64,000 nt of DNA from Spongospora subterranea f. sp. subterranea (taxonomy: Eukaryota): the NCBI GenBank assembly GCA_049724395.1, contig JAUGWO010000033.1, positions 1 through 64,000 on the forward strand, written 5' to 3'. A program made the position numbers and the translations under genes. The notes under the pieces were generated by a model. The model made no database searches, was not told the origin of the DNA, and worked only from the letters and a program-made list of their open reading frames with translations. Shown in pieces: positions 38,597 through 51,805 of the stretch. The number at the start of each line of letters is the position of its first letter. The stretch's first letter is position 1.

Positions 38597-40163
38597 TCAC
38601 TCGGACGACCATTGAACAAACGGGTCCTAAACGACAATCTCAGCCAACCGCCCGTTTGGAACAACGAACAACACGATTTACCCAAAAGTACATATTCGCC
38701 GTCCATTTCTCCTTGTCGGCGACCGTCACCGGACATGATCCATGCAGCGACGCCTCGTCGATGTTCCCGTCGCCGAACATCGAGTACATGATGACCATCG
38801 TTCCTCGACTCGGCTGGATACGATAATCGGCATCGCAGGGGGCGCGGGAGAACTCGTCGGCGCCGTTGGCACGTGGCCAGACATCGGTACCGCCATCGGC
38901 CTCGTCGACCGTGTTCAGGTACAGGATCTGGTTCGCAGACACAACAACGACGTCAGTTGGCAATTTTCTCAAAACGAAAACGTGGGTTTACGATCGTGGC
39001 GAAGCGGTTGTGGGGCAACGCTCGCTGCGATGTGGTGACGTCCATGGCGTCGTAATGGGGGAGGTACTCCTGATGCGCCTCGTATCGCGTGACCTGGATC
39101 TTCTCGGCGAAATAGAACGTCTCGATGTTGGCCTCGAAGCCCATGATCTCGAACACGCGCCGGGTGATGGCCGACACGATCGGCGACTCCCCGTGCTCCA
39201 GCCAGGTCGACGACGCCTCCAGCGGCGATCCGTTGTCGAGTTTCCCCGACGAGATCTCGATCAGGTGATCGCACTCCTCCTCGGACAGGAAGTTCTCGAT
39301 CTTGAGCATATGAGGACTGGTCGAGATCGTCTCCAGTTTTACCTAAAACGCGACAACGAATCAGCACAGGATCACGGAACCGAGTTCGATCGCGACGACC
39401 TCGTGAACATCGGTCTTTAACCGCCCTTCATAAGAGCCGAACTGAACCGTATCGGCTGAAATCGTTCGAACCGACCCTAGTTGGCCGATCTTGGGCACAG
39501 TCCTGACCAAGGGCGCTCGTGGCCAATACCCGATCACCCCGTTCCCGGTCGTGGCACAGTGTTGTCGCAGGGCCTCGATGTGCTCGGGCGGTGCGATGTG
39601 GATCTTCCCGCAATGCCTCAGGTCGATCTCCTCCTCGAACAGCAGCTCCTGCGTGTTGCTGTTCCGGAACGCCCAAACATCTGGCGGCAACCGAAGATCA
39701 GCCCATTAACAGCACACACACAAAAACGAGATAAATATCACTGACGCCCTCGTATTGACGATATATTTCCTGTATAGGAATACGGCTCCATCGTGAACCA
39801 GAATTGTTCATCGCCAGAATAATCCTTCCAATACGTGTCGACGCTGGCGCCGAGCCGGTTGAAGAACTCCAACGACAGCGACGTTGAGTACGGGGTGTTG
39901 TTGATCTGGGAGGTGGATGGCGCTACGGGAACGGCCAGGTACAGGCCCTGGCAAATGCCAGGAATCACCGAGCAGACCGTGGTGGCGTCCAGCGCCAGCA
40001 GGCCGAGGGTGATCAGCGGGGCCAGGAGCGCCACGACGATGGCGACGATTGGGATGATGACGGAGATCGTAGACGATGGGGCGGCGGCGGCGGCGGCGGC
40101 ATCGCGTTTAACAGGTTCGTTGATAGTGGTCGCCTTCTTCACAGTAGCCGATTTAGTGCTCAT
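38597..40163 (-). CDS. Membrane-anchored prolyl 4-hydroxylase alpha-like 2OG-Fe(II) oxygenase
   Basis: IENFLSEEECDHLI, EKIQVTRY..QEYLPHYD, NRFATI, LYLNTV, SLHGSCPV...KWTANM; N-terminal TM and a VHL-beta-like segment FFNRLGASVDTYWKDYSGDE. Confidence 0.88.
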
Positions 40164-40493
40164 CGTAATAACTTACGGGTTGTGGTCGATAAATATGAAA
40201 TGACGGTGATCGGTGTGAAGATGTTCGAGACAAGTCGCGTTGATCGGGTGATTCATTCGCCAACAAGTGTGAGTCATTTCGAACGTTTTTTTTGTGTTCG
40301 GTCCTTTGGTCCATTGGTCGTGTAGTCAGCAGGCGGGACCAGATATCGCCATCTTCAGGATGTGGTGTTCGGCTGTCGCTCGCGCTTGAGCCGCCGCAAT
40401 CACCGGGGTGGGTGTTGGTCATCGTGACGACGATGGCGATATCAGTGTCGGATGGTGGCACGTGCCTGGGTGATAATCTAATCAGGCGAAGGG

Positions 40494-42530
40494 ATGGCGA
40501 TATCAATATGGGAGTCCGTTCAGGGTGTCATCCTCACACTTGCTCTATTCCACGCCCTTCTCCACACGATCGTCTCCGTCGTCGTCATCGTTATTTCGTC
40601 CCGATCGCCGTTTCGCCCACTATCGACCATATCCCTGTTGATTGTGGTCATCGCTCACGCGACTCTGTTCTACGTCAACGTGTTCAACCAGCTCGATCTC
40701 GGGAACATGTTCACGGCCAATCGATGGCCAACCCAGTTCCTCGTACACCGTTGGCCGATCATGTTCATTATCGAGCCGTTATTGATATTGTTTATAACCT
40801 GGTTCAAGCTGGCCTGTTGTATTGACGCCTGGCGCTTCGTCCCTCGTCGCAGTGAAGGTTTGCCGATGTCGTTCAAACTGATTTCACTCAAATCGTTGAC
40901 CCTTCGATCGTAGTGGAAAAATTTCGAGACGACTACGAGAACATAAAAGGGCACCGCGACTTCATCATGATCTTCTCCCTATCCGGGGAAGAGAATCAGG
41001 ACCATGCGCTGGCCGCGATCAATAGCGCCATGAACTCCATGTTCCCCGCGCATCGCCTTCGGATCCTGATCATATTCTATGGCCCATCGTCGTCGGTCCT
41101 GGACCGGTTCCTGATATCGCGCCTGGCGTCGCACGTGAACTCGTCGCCGGCCGAGATCGTCGCCACCGAAAACCTCGTATCGGTTCAAGGCGTCAAGGTT
41201 CGGGGTGTTCTCACAGCTCCCTGTCGAGTTTCTGAACCGATTGCGAACGACTAGATGTCGTTTTTACGGTTTGGGCCCTCGTCTGCGTTGATAGCGCAAT
41301 CTCGAGCGATTGATTTCATCAGCCTATTGTACGTCGATGATCAACAACGCAAGCCAGTCGTGTGCTTTCAGGAAGCCAACATGTTGCTGGACGAGATGGC
41401 GATCGCCAGGTGGTTCATCATCGGCAGAATCGGTTTTCTGAACCAACAGCTCATGGCCGACCAATTGTCCCTTTAGGTTCGTGTACGAGCTGGACGATCC
41501 CCATCGTGATTTCCTTACAGGGATCTCCCTGGACGAGCCCAATATGCCGATCGGTTCCCGAATCCGGGGCGCCATTTCAACCGGCTCGCAAGTGATTGAC
41601 CGGATCGCCGAGGACTACTCTGGTAATGTCACGACCATCCCCCGTTATTTCCTCGTCGCCCGATTCAAAGTACGACCCGGGTCCATCCCGATCCGTATTT
41701 CATACACATGACAGGATTGACAGGCTCTGAAATCGATCGCCAGCGGTATATTCAGTGAATATGATGGTGAGGCGGTGCCCACCACGCCGGAGACCGATCT
41801 CGCCATGAAACTCATGCACTCTAAACCAACCCAGCACCGAGTGGGAATATGCATCGGTAGTAGCGCCATCATACTCGCCCGTGTCTGTATTAGTAAGACC
41901 ATCGGCCAGGGGCACTCAGAACGATGCAATCGGAGAATCCATCGGAAACTTTCGTGGAAAAACAGATCCGTGAATTGCGGGTTGCTGGCGACGTTAAGGT
42001 ATGAAGAAGTAATGGGTTGGGATTTCGATTAATGACCAAACGGCGTAAAACAGGCATGGATGGCATCACCGTTATTATGTATTTTGACGCTGGGCACCGC
42101 AATGTTCCAGGCTCATATTCCGTTCTACGTCCAGCTATTCCTATTGGAGTAAGCGGTGCGGTGCCACACAGGACACATCTGGATATTGATATTGGATTGT
42201 GCAACCGTGGTCAGGTACATGAGCGGGAGAGGGATCAGAATAGCGACCTCCTACATATTCCTGTTGATATTACCAACCTATATCTTTATGGCATTAGCCG
42301 GTACGTTAATGAACATCATCTCCACTAATATACGAAGCTGAACAATATTAGGATCACGGTTTAACAGGAAAGACGTGATTATCACTATTCCTATCAACTT
42401 TGTCATATCAATCATAGTCGACCCGATAACGGAAGTCACGACACTGTGGAATTTCTCGAAAGAAACTTGGATGGACATCAGAAAGGGTAACGGAGAACCG
42501 AAAGGGTCTAAGGCGTTGGACAATGTATAA
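40494..42530 (+). CDS. Multi-pass membrane protein, chitin synthase (GT2)-like with degenerate catalytic motifs
   Basis: TM block, AINSAMNSMFPAHRLRILIIFYG, a soluble domain, a second TM block and a TLWNFSKETW tail; the frames join through GT-AG introns. Confidence 0.55.
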
Positions 42531-42597
42531 TAAACGGATGAGACATTTCGCATAGTTAACGACCGGTATAACACAATGACGTTGCAAGGCTTTGCGC

Positions 42598-44117
42598 TTA
42601 TATGTTCCAAGCAGCTCTAGCTTGATTTTGCATATTATTCGCTAATGCCAGGAGATGATCCACATCCAAAGTCGGAAGCTGTTGAAGCGACCCCTGAAAA
42701 TTGCATTAACTTTCTGTAAAAGCGCGAACAGCCAAAAGACGTACTTTTAACTCCGAGTAATCACATTCGAGTAGCGATTCTTTACACAAACTGAGAATTG
42801 CTAAACAAACAAACATGTGAAGTTCTAAGTCGGAACTAAGGGCAAAATATGTATCCCAAAGGCGGAGAACACAGAAAAATGGCAATTCGGCGCACAATAA
42901 ATGACGGAGCCTGAAACACAGGTAAGAATTGTTTTTTTCGCGGCAAGTGACGGGATATCACCAAGGGATGGCCCATTCATTAGGCCTAAGCTCTTCGTCT
43001 TCAAAGTGACTACATAGATCGGGTTCGAAGGTGCGAAACAGCATAATGAACTTTGCAAGAATACGATCCATTCCCGCGCTTTCTATAGACTCGATGTAAT
43101 CCTGATCCAATCCAATAAGGAGACCATACCCCAACACAGAGTCGAATAGTTACTTGTAGGGCTAAAAACGAAAAGTACACCGAGCAGGGGTCGGGCATAC
43201 AATGCAGAAAAGGGGCAAGGAGGTAAACAGCAGATAAATCCAGCTCAACGTTTTTTGCAGATATGTGCATCAAAATTAATCGTTCTGAGAGGCAAGACGG
43301 TGAAATTAGATACACACGCAATATGGCTGGGAAAGAAGAACATACCCAAAAGAAACAACCTTTCTACGTCATAAGGGACACCTGATCCCGTCGCGATCGT
43401 AGACCCGCACGACGACAATTGTGTGCCATCAATACTGCCGTTGCGTTGACGTTATTGTCATGTCTACAAGAACCCAGTGAGTGACTGTACCAGTGGAGTA
43501 AATCGGAGAAATATATGTACTGAGATGAGACGATTCTTTCAATCGTCGGAATTTGTTGCCCAAACATAGCTGGCGACATGTTGTCCCATTCATCATCGTT
43601 TTCTTCAAATTGCCTCTGTAAAAAGGCAAAATGACGTCTAATCTCAGCGCGAAGCTGTTTCAGCAAATCCGGAGAGAGCTGACGCGTTGGATCAGTATCC
43701 TAGCAGAGGATGAATACTAAGCCACAAATCACCAAAACGATATTGTATCAGGATCCACCTCTACCGTTCTTTGTTGAACGCGATTAAACTCTTCAAAAAG
43801 AGAGCGCTGCGTGGCAAAGTTTTCGGTATTATCTGGACAGGATACTCCAAGAAGGTATTTCCACACTTCGCCACGGACAGAAGATGGAATTCCAGTACGA
43901 CTAGCCTGAAAAAAATCACGATTGGTTGAAAGTCAACATATACATGTCAAGTGTCATTATTGGGTTCAGATTTGAGCGAAAAAAACACGGAAATCGGCAG
44001 TTGCCAGACCTCTCTCAATCTGTCGATGTCAACTGCCCCTTCAGCGGAAAGCAATTCCTCAAAATCGGCGCTAGAAAAAGCGCAGTTCGCCGTCGAAAGA
44101 TGATCGGCTTCGCTCAT
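42598..44117 (-). CDS. TBC-domain Rab GTPase-activating protein, multi-exon
   Basis: DIDRLRE, GIPSSVRGEVWKYLLG, LLAPFL, EPDLCSHF, LPFFCVLRLWDTYF, HMFVCLAIL. Confidence 0.88.
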
Positions 44118-44744
44118 GAAGCGGTAAAAGTTATCCTTCCGCACAAGACCATGGGACCACGACCCGTGAACCCGGTTAAGGAGCACCAGCGTGAAGTATG
44201 TGGATTGATGATCGCGCGAAGGCCTGAAGGGCGCTGGCAATGGATACGTCTATCCGCCTAGATAGGCAGGTTTGCCTCTGTGAGAGGTTAATGAAGTCTG
44301 GAATATCGGTCGTTATGGAATTATTCCAATGAGTCAGAGAGGCCCCCCACCCCCACGTATCTTTTGTGAACACTCTAGTGTACATTCGGGAACACTGCCT
44401 GATTAACCCTAATGCCCAATAATAATTTTCAAACGTGAACTCCGCACTGAGTTTTATTTACTGATTCCGTCTCAAATTTTCGTTGCTACTCCCGTCCATC
44501 TATTTCATGGTTAAGATTAATTGGCGCTGGAAGACAACGGACAATTTGACGTCAATACACTACGATTTCTAGTCGTTCCGGTCAGATAATGAAAAGATAT
44601 GCCTCAGAAAGCTTGCCACAAATTCACTGCGGAAGGATTTAGAGGCCGCGTTATCGTCGTTTCTATGTGTACACCTGTAAATCATGTGTGTCGGTGGATT
44701 GGCTGCGCAACTACGGCACATTCCCATCGCGGTTTCGCATCGGA

Positions 44745-47700
44745 ATGGCGTCAACTTCCGAGGCTTTGTTTCCAGAGGAGCTGGTCGCAGGGCTAACCCC
44801 GAATCTACAGACGGCTGCGGAGACGCTCAGGAACGATGTCTACGACACAGCAGCATGGATGACGATTATGCGCCACTTCAACTCATTACCGATGGGTACA
44901 TCAGATGGTTCCCGGACTGTTTTCAATACTTTTCTGAAATATTTCCCAACGGCCGCCGATTATGTATACAACATTCTTAGCCTTTTTCGCTCTTTTCGCT
45001 TGATCTGAATATTTTTCAGTGGAAATTTTTTCTTGAAAAAGAGATCGAGGCCAAAAACTGGAGTAAGTAGGATGTTGCAGTTAATGCAATGAGCTGCTCG
45101 TTCTGTATCAGTTCAAACATTGCTGTAGAAATCAAAGAGTAACGTGATGTTCTTTAGAAATGGTCGACGACCTGTTCAGTCGTTGCCTACCGATATGTCT
45201 CGATGTCGAGCTGTATAGGGTGTATATTCGATATCAGCAGATTATCAAACACAATCAACCTGATGAGCGCGCCGCCTTATGTATATTTATAGCGATTACA
45301 GCCTTGTGTTCACAAATATCTCATCACTTTTTGTGTAGGTACTGCCTATGAATTTACGCTGGAGCATATTGGCCTCGACTTCAACTCCTCTAATATTTGG
45401 ATGGATTATCTGAACTTTTTGATGAGCTCTGAGGTTTGATTCTGAGACCACTGTCGGTTCCGTATGAATTTACGTCTTGTTTCGCGGCAGGCATTAAACG
45501 CAACAGAAGAAATGGAAAAGATGGGGCTAATCAGAAAAGTGTATCAGAGGGCGATCGCCATTCCTCTTAGTCAAACTGAAACAATTTGGAAAAACTACGA
45601 TACTTGGGAGCACAAACACTATAAAGTACATTATATCATCAAAAACGCATAGATTTTCGTCTTAACTGGCGAGTATCAGGATCTTGCAGCGGGAACGCTG
45701 GCGCTATCACATCCTATCTACCTGAAATGCCTCAATGTTAAACGAGAATTGAAAAAAAAGAGGGAAGGGTTACTCCTTGAAATGTTAGCAAAACCAACTC
45801 CCGCAGGTACTACAAGCTAGAATATGTAAATGTGCTTGATAATGAGGCTCGATGCTTAATAGGGTCTCATGCCCAAGCACGTGATTATCGCCAAGTATTG
45901 CTTTGGCAGCGTCTGCTCACCTACGAGCTGGTATCATCCCTATTAAGTGGTCGAGTAAAGTTTAATCGTTCTGGATAGGGAAACCCGCTTCGACTAGACC
46001 CCCCTTTGTTCAAAGCTCGTCTTCAATTTTCTTTCCGTCAATGTCTGTGTTCCCTCAGATTTTATCCAGAGATATGGAACGCGTATGCCGTTTTTATGAA
46101 CGACAAATCGAGCCATGGTAAGAAAGTCAGTGTATTATTTAGAGCGATTCATACTCAGGGTTCATGAAGAGGACGCTGTTCGTGTTTACGACCAATCGTT
46201 GGAGGTTTTACATTCAATGCCGTTAATGCATTTTTTATACGCAGATTTCCAAGAGCGTAAAAGGAATTTAAAGGTTTGTCTTTCTCAGTTCGATATGATT
46301 CAGTTGTGGTAATTTCAATTAGGAAGCGAGACAGATTTATGAGAATCTATTCGAATCTTCAGACGCAACATCGCCGTTATGCGCCATTGAATTGTTGCGG
46401 TATATCAGGCGAACGTACGTAGCGATTTTTTAATCCCCGACAATAGTAATCAATATTTGGCAGTGAGGGCTCAGAGGCGGCCAGGAAAAAGATGGTGTCT
46501 CTCATCCGTTCCCCAAACTGTACATACCATCTCTATTGCGCTGCCGCGTTGATGGAATGTACGATTGAACTAGTCAATGCATCGCTTGTACTATCTAATG
46601 TTCTCACAGATCATATCGACAACGACCCTAATGTTGGAAGCAATATTTTCAACCTTGGTCTAAAGAAGTTTCCCACATGTATCCCATTTCTGGTATATAT
46701 TTTGTGGAGTCTGTGCTTTTCTTTGCTTATACCGTCCTTTCAACAGTGTGAATACCTCGATTTCCTTTATTCTCGGAATGACCATCAGAACATGCGTTTA
46801 ATTTTCGAACAATGTTTCCGGGAGCTTGCACATGATAAAAATGCAGCTCCAATATACGACCGTTTCGTGCAGTTCGAGAGAATGGTCTTTTCATCAACGG
46901 TGTTTGCAGACACAGCTTCTCACAAATGTTGCTAGGTGTCAGATTTTTCCACTGTCGAAGCAGCTGAACTGAGACGAGATACTGCTTTGGGTCGCGATGC
47001 CCGATTATCTCCACCTGGCAACGTTTTCAGCATCAATGCAGTTATAGACCGCAGACGTTTTCAGGTCAGTTTATTATAGATATGGCCAAAGCAGCGGATA
47101 ACGAATCGATTATAGGATTTGTACTCATGCTCCGAATCTTACCGCAATGCTGTTGCCTTGGGACCGTTATTGCTCAAGCAAAAACGGAACGCTTTTCTGG
47201 GAGAATCTACTGATACTGTTCAAAACGAAGAGAGTGTTAAATCACTTGATAGGCCTGATTTATCTGCAATGTGCAAGGTCTTGTTACTTGCTGTGTGCAA
47301 ACACGTATAGTTGCTGACTGTGCTTAGGTTCTTGAAAACGGTAACCCCATAGCTACGTTCTCTCTAGATATCGGTTCTGCACTTCATGATTTGCTTCTTC
47401 GGTTTGTTTACGTCAGCATGTTACGTCCCGTTTTGTATTGAACATACCGTAGTCTGCCAGCAACCTCTGGTCCCAAAATTGCACAGATTGATCGTCTAAT
47501 GAGCTGGATATTAACGGCGAGTCCGAAGGTGATTCAGGTTGGTTTGAGTCACATTACTCTGTCTCTAGCCACTTATTGTTAATATGACGCGTTTCAGTTG
47601 TCTGTGAATTCTACAGAGAAACCAATCCGTTCTACCGGTGTCAAGAGGGAGGCCACCGAAATGAATCAACCGACGTTACCGAACGGTTCTAGTGCTCCCG

Positions 47701-47768
47701 CTCCCGACCTTTATCGGATGAGGCAAGCTAAGAAGATTGCCAAATCACCAGCGACCAGTTTAGCTTAA
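44745..47768 (+). CDS. CSTF3: Cleavage stimulation factor 77 kDa subunit (RNA14/Suf; HAT repeats), multi-exon
   Basis: DVYDTAAW, FLKYFPTAA, LFSRCL, AYEFTLEHIGLD, IRKVYQRAIAIP..ETIWKNYDTWE, IFNLGLKKF, RPDLSAM, and C-terminal DLYRMRQ. Confidence 0.9.
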
Positions 47769-47869
47769 TACATACGTACCAACTTCTGAATCGTCAATGT
47801 TCCGACCTTGTAGGTATCAAGAAGCATTCCCTTCCTAGCTTGATTCGCCACAGTTTGATCAACCGGACC

Positions 47870-48303
47870 AGAACCGTGTGAGAAGGAAAGAATCCAGGGG
47901 GCGTGCCCGTGTGTTCGCCTGGTAGCGACGGCTCCGCTGAGCAGAACCGTCAACGAACCATGAACGGGAAAGGTGTCGTCCGAAATTTGCGAAAATTCTT
48001 GTTAGTTTCAATAACCGCTGCACAAGCTTCTTCGGGGGCTGTCGGGACTTGCGTGACGACATCCCACCCGAAACCTAAATTGTTTTCAAGTACTATGTGA
48101 AATCCTTGAAGTCTTTCTTCAAAGCATCCAGACGGGACTTGATCTTCCCCCCGAAGTAGATTGCATTTGAATTGCTTCGTAACCGCCGCCCAGGTCTTGA
48201 AGCCTGTATCGGCGCGCTTGCCCATATCAGCTTGAGCCTGCAGCTGCGCCTAGGAACTGGTCCTTAATTGTATCCCATACGGCCCTGAGATGGTTCTCCG
48301 ATG
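47870..48303 (-). pseudogene. Myb/SANT-like DNA-binding ORF of PIF/Harbinger type, frameshifted
   Basis: GKRADTGFK...NLGFGWDVVTQVPTAPEE...KFRTTPFPF. Confidence 0.72.
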
Positions 48304-49078
48304 GCGTCATTGTTGTGTGGGGGAACCGTCTGGGGAACGGCGCCGTTATGGGGAAACGAGCAAAATGACATAATGCACCTCCGTGGTTGCCAGGCTCGCT
48401 CTTTTTCTTTATATTTTGGGAGCAAAGAACATCTAATTTTTTGCCAACCAAAAATCACAATCACTTGCCGATGTGGACAACGCAGGGCACGCCTGAGAAG
48501 GCACGACAACAATACAAAAAACAATGCGAATCACTCACACGAAAACACTATACACAAACATTTCCACAATAGCCAATCAAATCCACGACTATTCAAACGC
48601 TCATCAAAACATCATGTAACACAACATCAATTCAGACAAATTACAGAATATCCCAACTGATGCGCGAAATAATAAATACAAACAAGAACAACAGAGGAAA
48701 CCCTTGCACGGAAGCATTCCCCACGAAATAAATGTACTGGTATAATTTGACAAAGCTACGTCTATTGTAAAGAGCCCAAGCCACACTCACTCTATCCAAT
48801 GCAACAACAAATCCATGTACAGAAACTTACGTTTGATATCGAAAAAGATGCAGCAGGGAAGGTGCATAGAGGTTTCAATGTGTTTTTCGATCACGGTATC
48901 CAGTTTCGAACCCTGCAGAACAGCACCTCAACTGCACAACGAGAAATTGTACGAACTATCGATTTGCGATTTGTTGCGGACCACAGATAAGCCAGGTTTG
49001 CACTGCAGACCCAACCAAGCAACATATTTGTGCCACGTGCGATGCTCAAGGCCATTACACACACTCGACCCAAACATG

Positions 49079-49771
49079 TAGTCCCTCTGTTCAGAATTAG
49101 TTGTCCCATAACGCAATTGTTTTTGTTCAAAATTAGTACAGTAGTCCACTTCAAAATTCTGGAACACGTTGACCTATTGATTTTTTGAATTATGCATCGA
49201 TCTCGTGACCAATGTGAATAGCCTCTTGACTGCACGAATAACCGCAGGAAGACTACCTTGCGCTCGTAGGTGTGTTTTTTGCATATGTTGTAGCTTATTC
49301 GAACTCGATCCCCGAACAATCATCGCTCCTTCCATTACTTTCTGTAACGATAGGAAGACATCATCAAGCTTCTCCGCTGACAATTCGGCAAAACTCAATT
49401 CAACCGCTGTAATCAACTCATTGATGTCCTTTAAAGCGTGTTGGTATTGCAGAGACTGAATCGAATTAAAAAAGCCTAAATTTAATACGTTGAAGTCTGG
49501 ACTATTAGGTGGCTGAGAGACAAGTGATAAATTCCAACCATGGGATGTTTGGACGACAACAGTTTCGTTGATTGACGCATGGGGCCTGGCGTTATCATGT
49601 TGAATTGTGATCTGCATTTACTTACTTCCGACAGGCTATTTGTTTTTGATTGCTCGTATCACGTGTTGTAAAATTTGATCTCAATAAACCTCACCATTCA
49701 CTTCAATCGGCTTGGTCACCATGGCATTTCTTTGACGATTACTGGAGCTGCGCTTGGCTGGTACAGTCGGG
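49079..49771 (-). mobile_element. DD39D (plant-type) mariner transposase 3' half with one terminal inverted repeat
   Basis: IQHDNARPH...QPPNSPDFNVLNLGFFNSIQSLQ and PAKRSSSNR..VTKP; TA plus gtccctctgttcagaatta at 49079 resembles the CTCCCTCYGTTC TIR. Confidence 0.88.
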
Positions 49772-49968
49772 CGCATGCAGATCTGTGTATGTCCATCCTG
49801 AGTAAAACAGACTTCTTCAAGTCTGCATTCCCGTCTATTTATAGGTAGTTGGCTCTTGTGTCGGAGACAGCCATGCAGTTGGATCGCTGCCGAAACAGCA
49901 TTGGCAGCCGTCGAACATCGAACACCCAAGGCCGTCTATCGGGTCAGTCTGTCATTGTTCAATTCAAT

Positions 49969-51805
49969 ATGGTCTGGTATCTCTTAGTGTTCATTCTATT
50001 ATCGCATGTGGACTCGACTACAGACCACAATCAATTCTGTGGCGGAATCCCAATCGTCAATTTATCTCTTCTCAAGCAATTTTCGCCCTGACTATAAGGA
50101 AGACCGTGTAGTTTATGCTCTGTTTCCCGAGAGTCGAGCGCCTGAATGTGTTTCTTTTCCGTTTTCTCCAGTATGTGAAATTCTGTCGAACCAACCAGAT
50201 TGCCAAATAATGGCGAATCCCATATCACAGCTTGTGGCCTGCTTCACTCGAGACAGTGATCAAACCTCAAGCGATATCCTTTCTTTAACTTTGTCAATTG
50301 GCAAAAGTGTAACACGTAATACATTTCGAACTGACCACACTGACACCCGTCCAGTTCAAGTTCTATGTCCTGAGGTCCAAGCACCTGAACCTGTTTCATT
50401 TCCGTTTTCTTCAGGATATTCCATTATTTCGAATCAACCAGATGGTCAAATAACTACGAAATTCGTTTTACCACTCGTTGCCAGTTCAACTGGAAACAGG
50501 GATCGAAGTTTTAGCGAAATCCCTGCTATTGATGTATCACCTGGAAACAGTGTAAATTGTGATACTTTGGGATCCAGCAACACTAAAGAACGATCAGTTC
50601 ACGTTCTATATCCCCACAGTCTGGCACCTGGCACTGATTCATTTCAGATTTTTTCAGAAGATCAAATTCAGTCACATCATCAAGAGTGCCCATCAACGGC
50701 GAATCCACTTTCACAAATTTTTGCTTGCTCGACTGGAAACAGCGATCACTCCTCAAACTGTATTCCTGTTGTCAAGTTATCTCCAGCCAAGAAATTATGT
50801 GATACTGGTCATCTTGATAACACTGCAGACCTGTCAGGTCAATATCAAGTTCCCGAGAGTCAAGCACCTGGAACTGCTTTATTTGCTTTGTCGACAGGTG
50901 GAATAACCTGGAAGGAACCGGTTGGGCAAGTATCGTCCAGTCATCGGTCGCAAACTGACAATGGCTCAACCCCAAACAGTGATCAGAGTTATAAAGGCAG
51001 TCCCAACATGATCTGTTTTGTTAACAACGATAATTGCAGTGAAGATGTTCTGCCTGTCACCAAAAAACCAAGATTGAAGAGTTGCAATCAATTCACAGTG
51101 ACAGGAGACTCTCACCCTTGGCATTTGCTGTAAATTGGCCAAAACGACAATTTTTTCGCCCTGACGCTGTCGTCCGCAAGGTATCGGAAGAACCACTCGT
51201 TGTACTGGAAGTTTTCTTCAACATCAGAAGCAACACGCAGACACAAAATCGGATTGCTGCCCGATGTGCCGTCGTCGTTGCCATTGACAATTACCTTCAG
51301 AAAAGTATTGGTCGCTTTACAGTCAACTTTCATGTCATGAGTCCTCAGACACGTCAGATATCGGAACATATAATGGGCCATTTTGATAAGAACTTGATGT
51401 CATGTTTGGGATTCGTTTCCCTATCTTTGAAGCAGCAGCAAATGCTGGTGAACTGTGCCCCAATGAGTTTCAAATTCGAGTATTCGTCTTCAGTAGTCGG
51501 AATTTTGGCGACAATGTTAATTGTATTTCGATCAACAAATTCATGTGGTTATCATTATCCTACTTTGAAGCTGTTCTGGAATGCATCTGTGAAACTGCTA
51601 GAACTGCATGGAGCCAATCGACAGGATGTTTTTGATTGCTTGAAGCTTCATATCATGGAGAAAATTGTGTGTTCAAAACCATCAAATAGACCCAAAGGTT
51701 CACTGGAACAGAAATGAATCTGTTGGAAATTGCCTGAATATACACCTGTCACTAGTATTGAGTGACATTGCCGATGAGTTGAAGAAAGCTTTCAATAATC
51801 GATAA
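49969..51805 (+). pseudogene. Secreted repeat-containing protein, copy 1 (three frameshifts)
   Basis: Signal peptide MVWYLLVFILLSHVDS; frameshifts near 50070, 51068 and 51693 relative to copy 2. Confidence 0.75.

Noticed and set aside
38597..40163. P4H as the Skp1 prolyl hydroxylase, forming an O2-sensing cluster with the SKP1 pair
   Set aside because: It has a TM anchor and collagen-type P4H motifs rather than cytosolic PhyA/PHD features, and lies 25 kb away.
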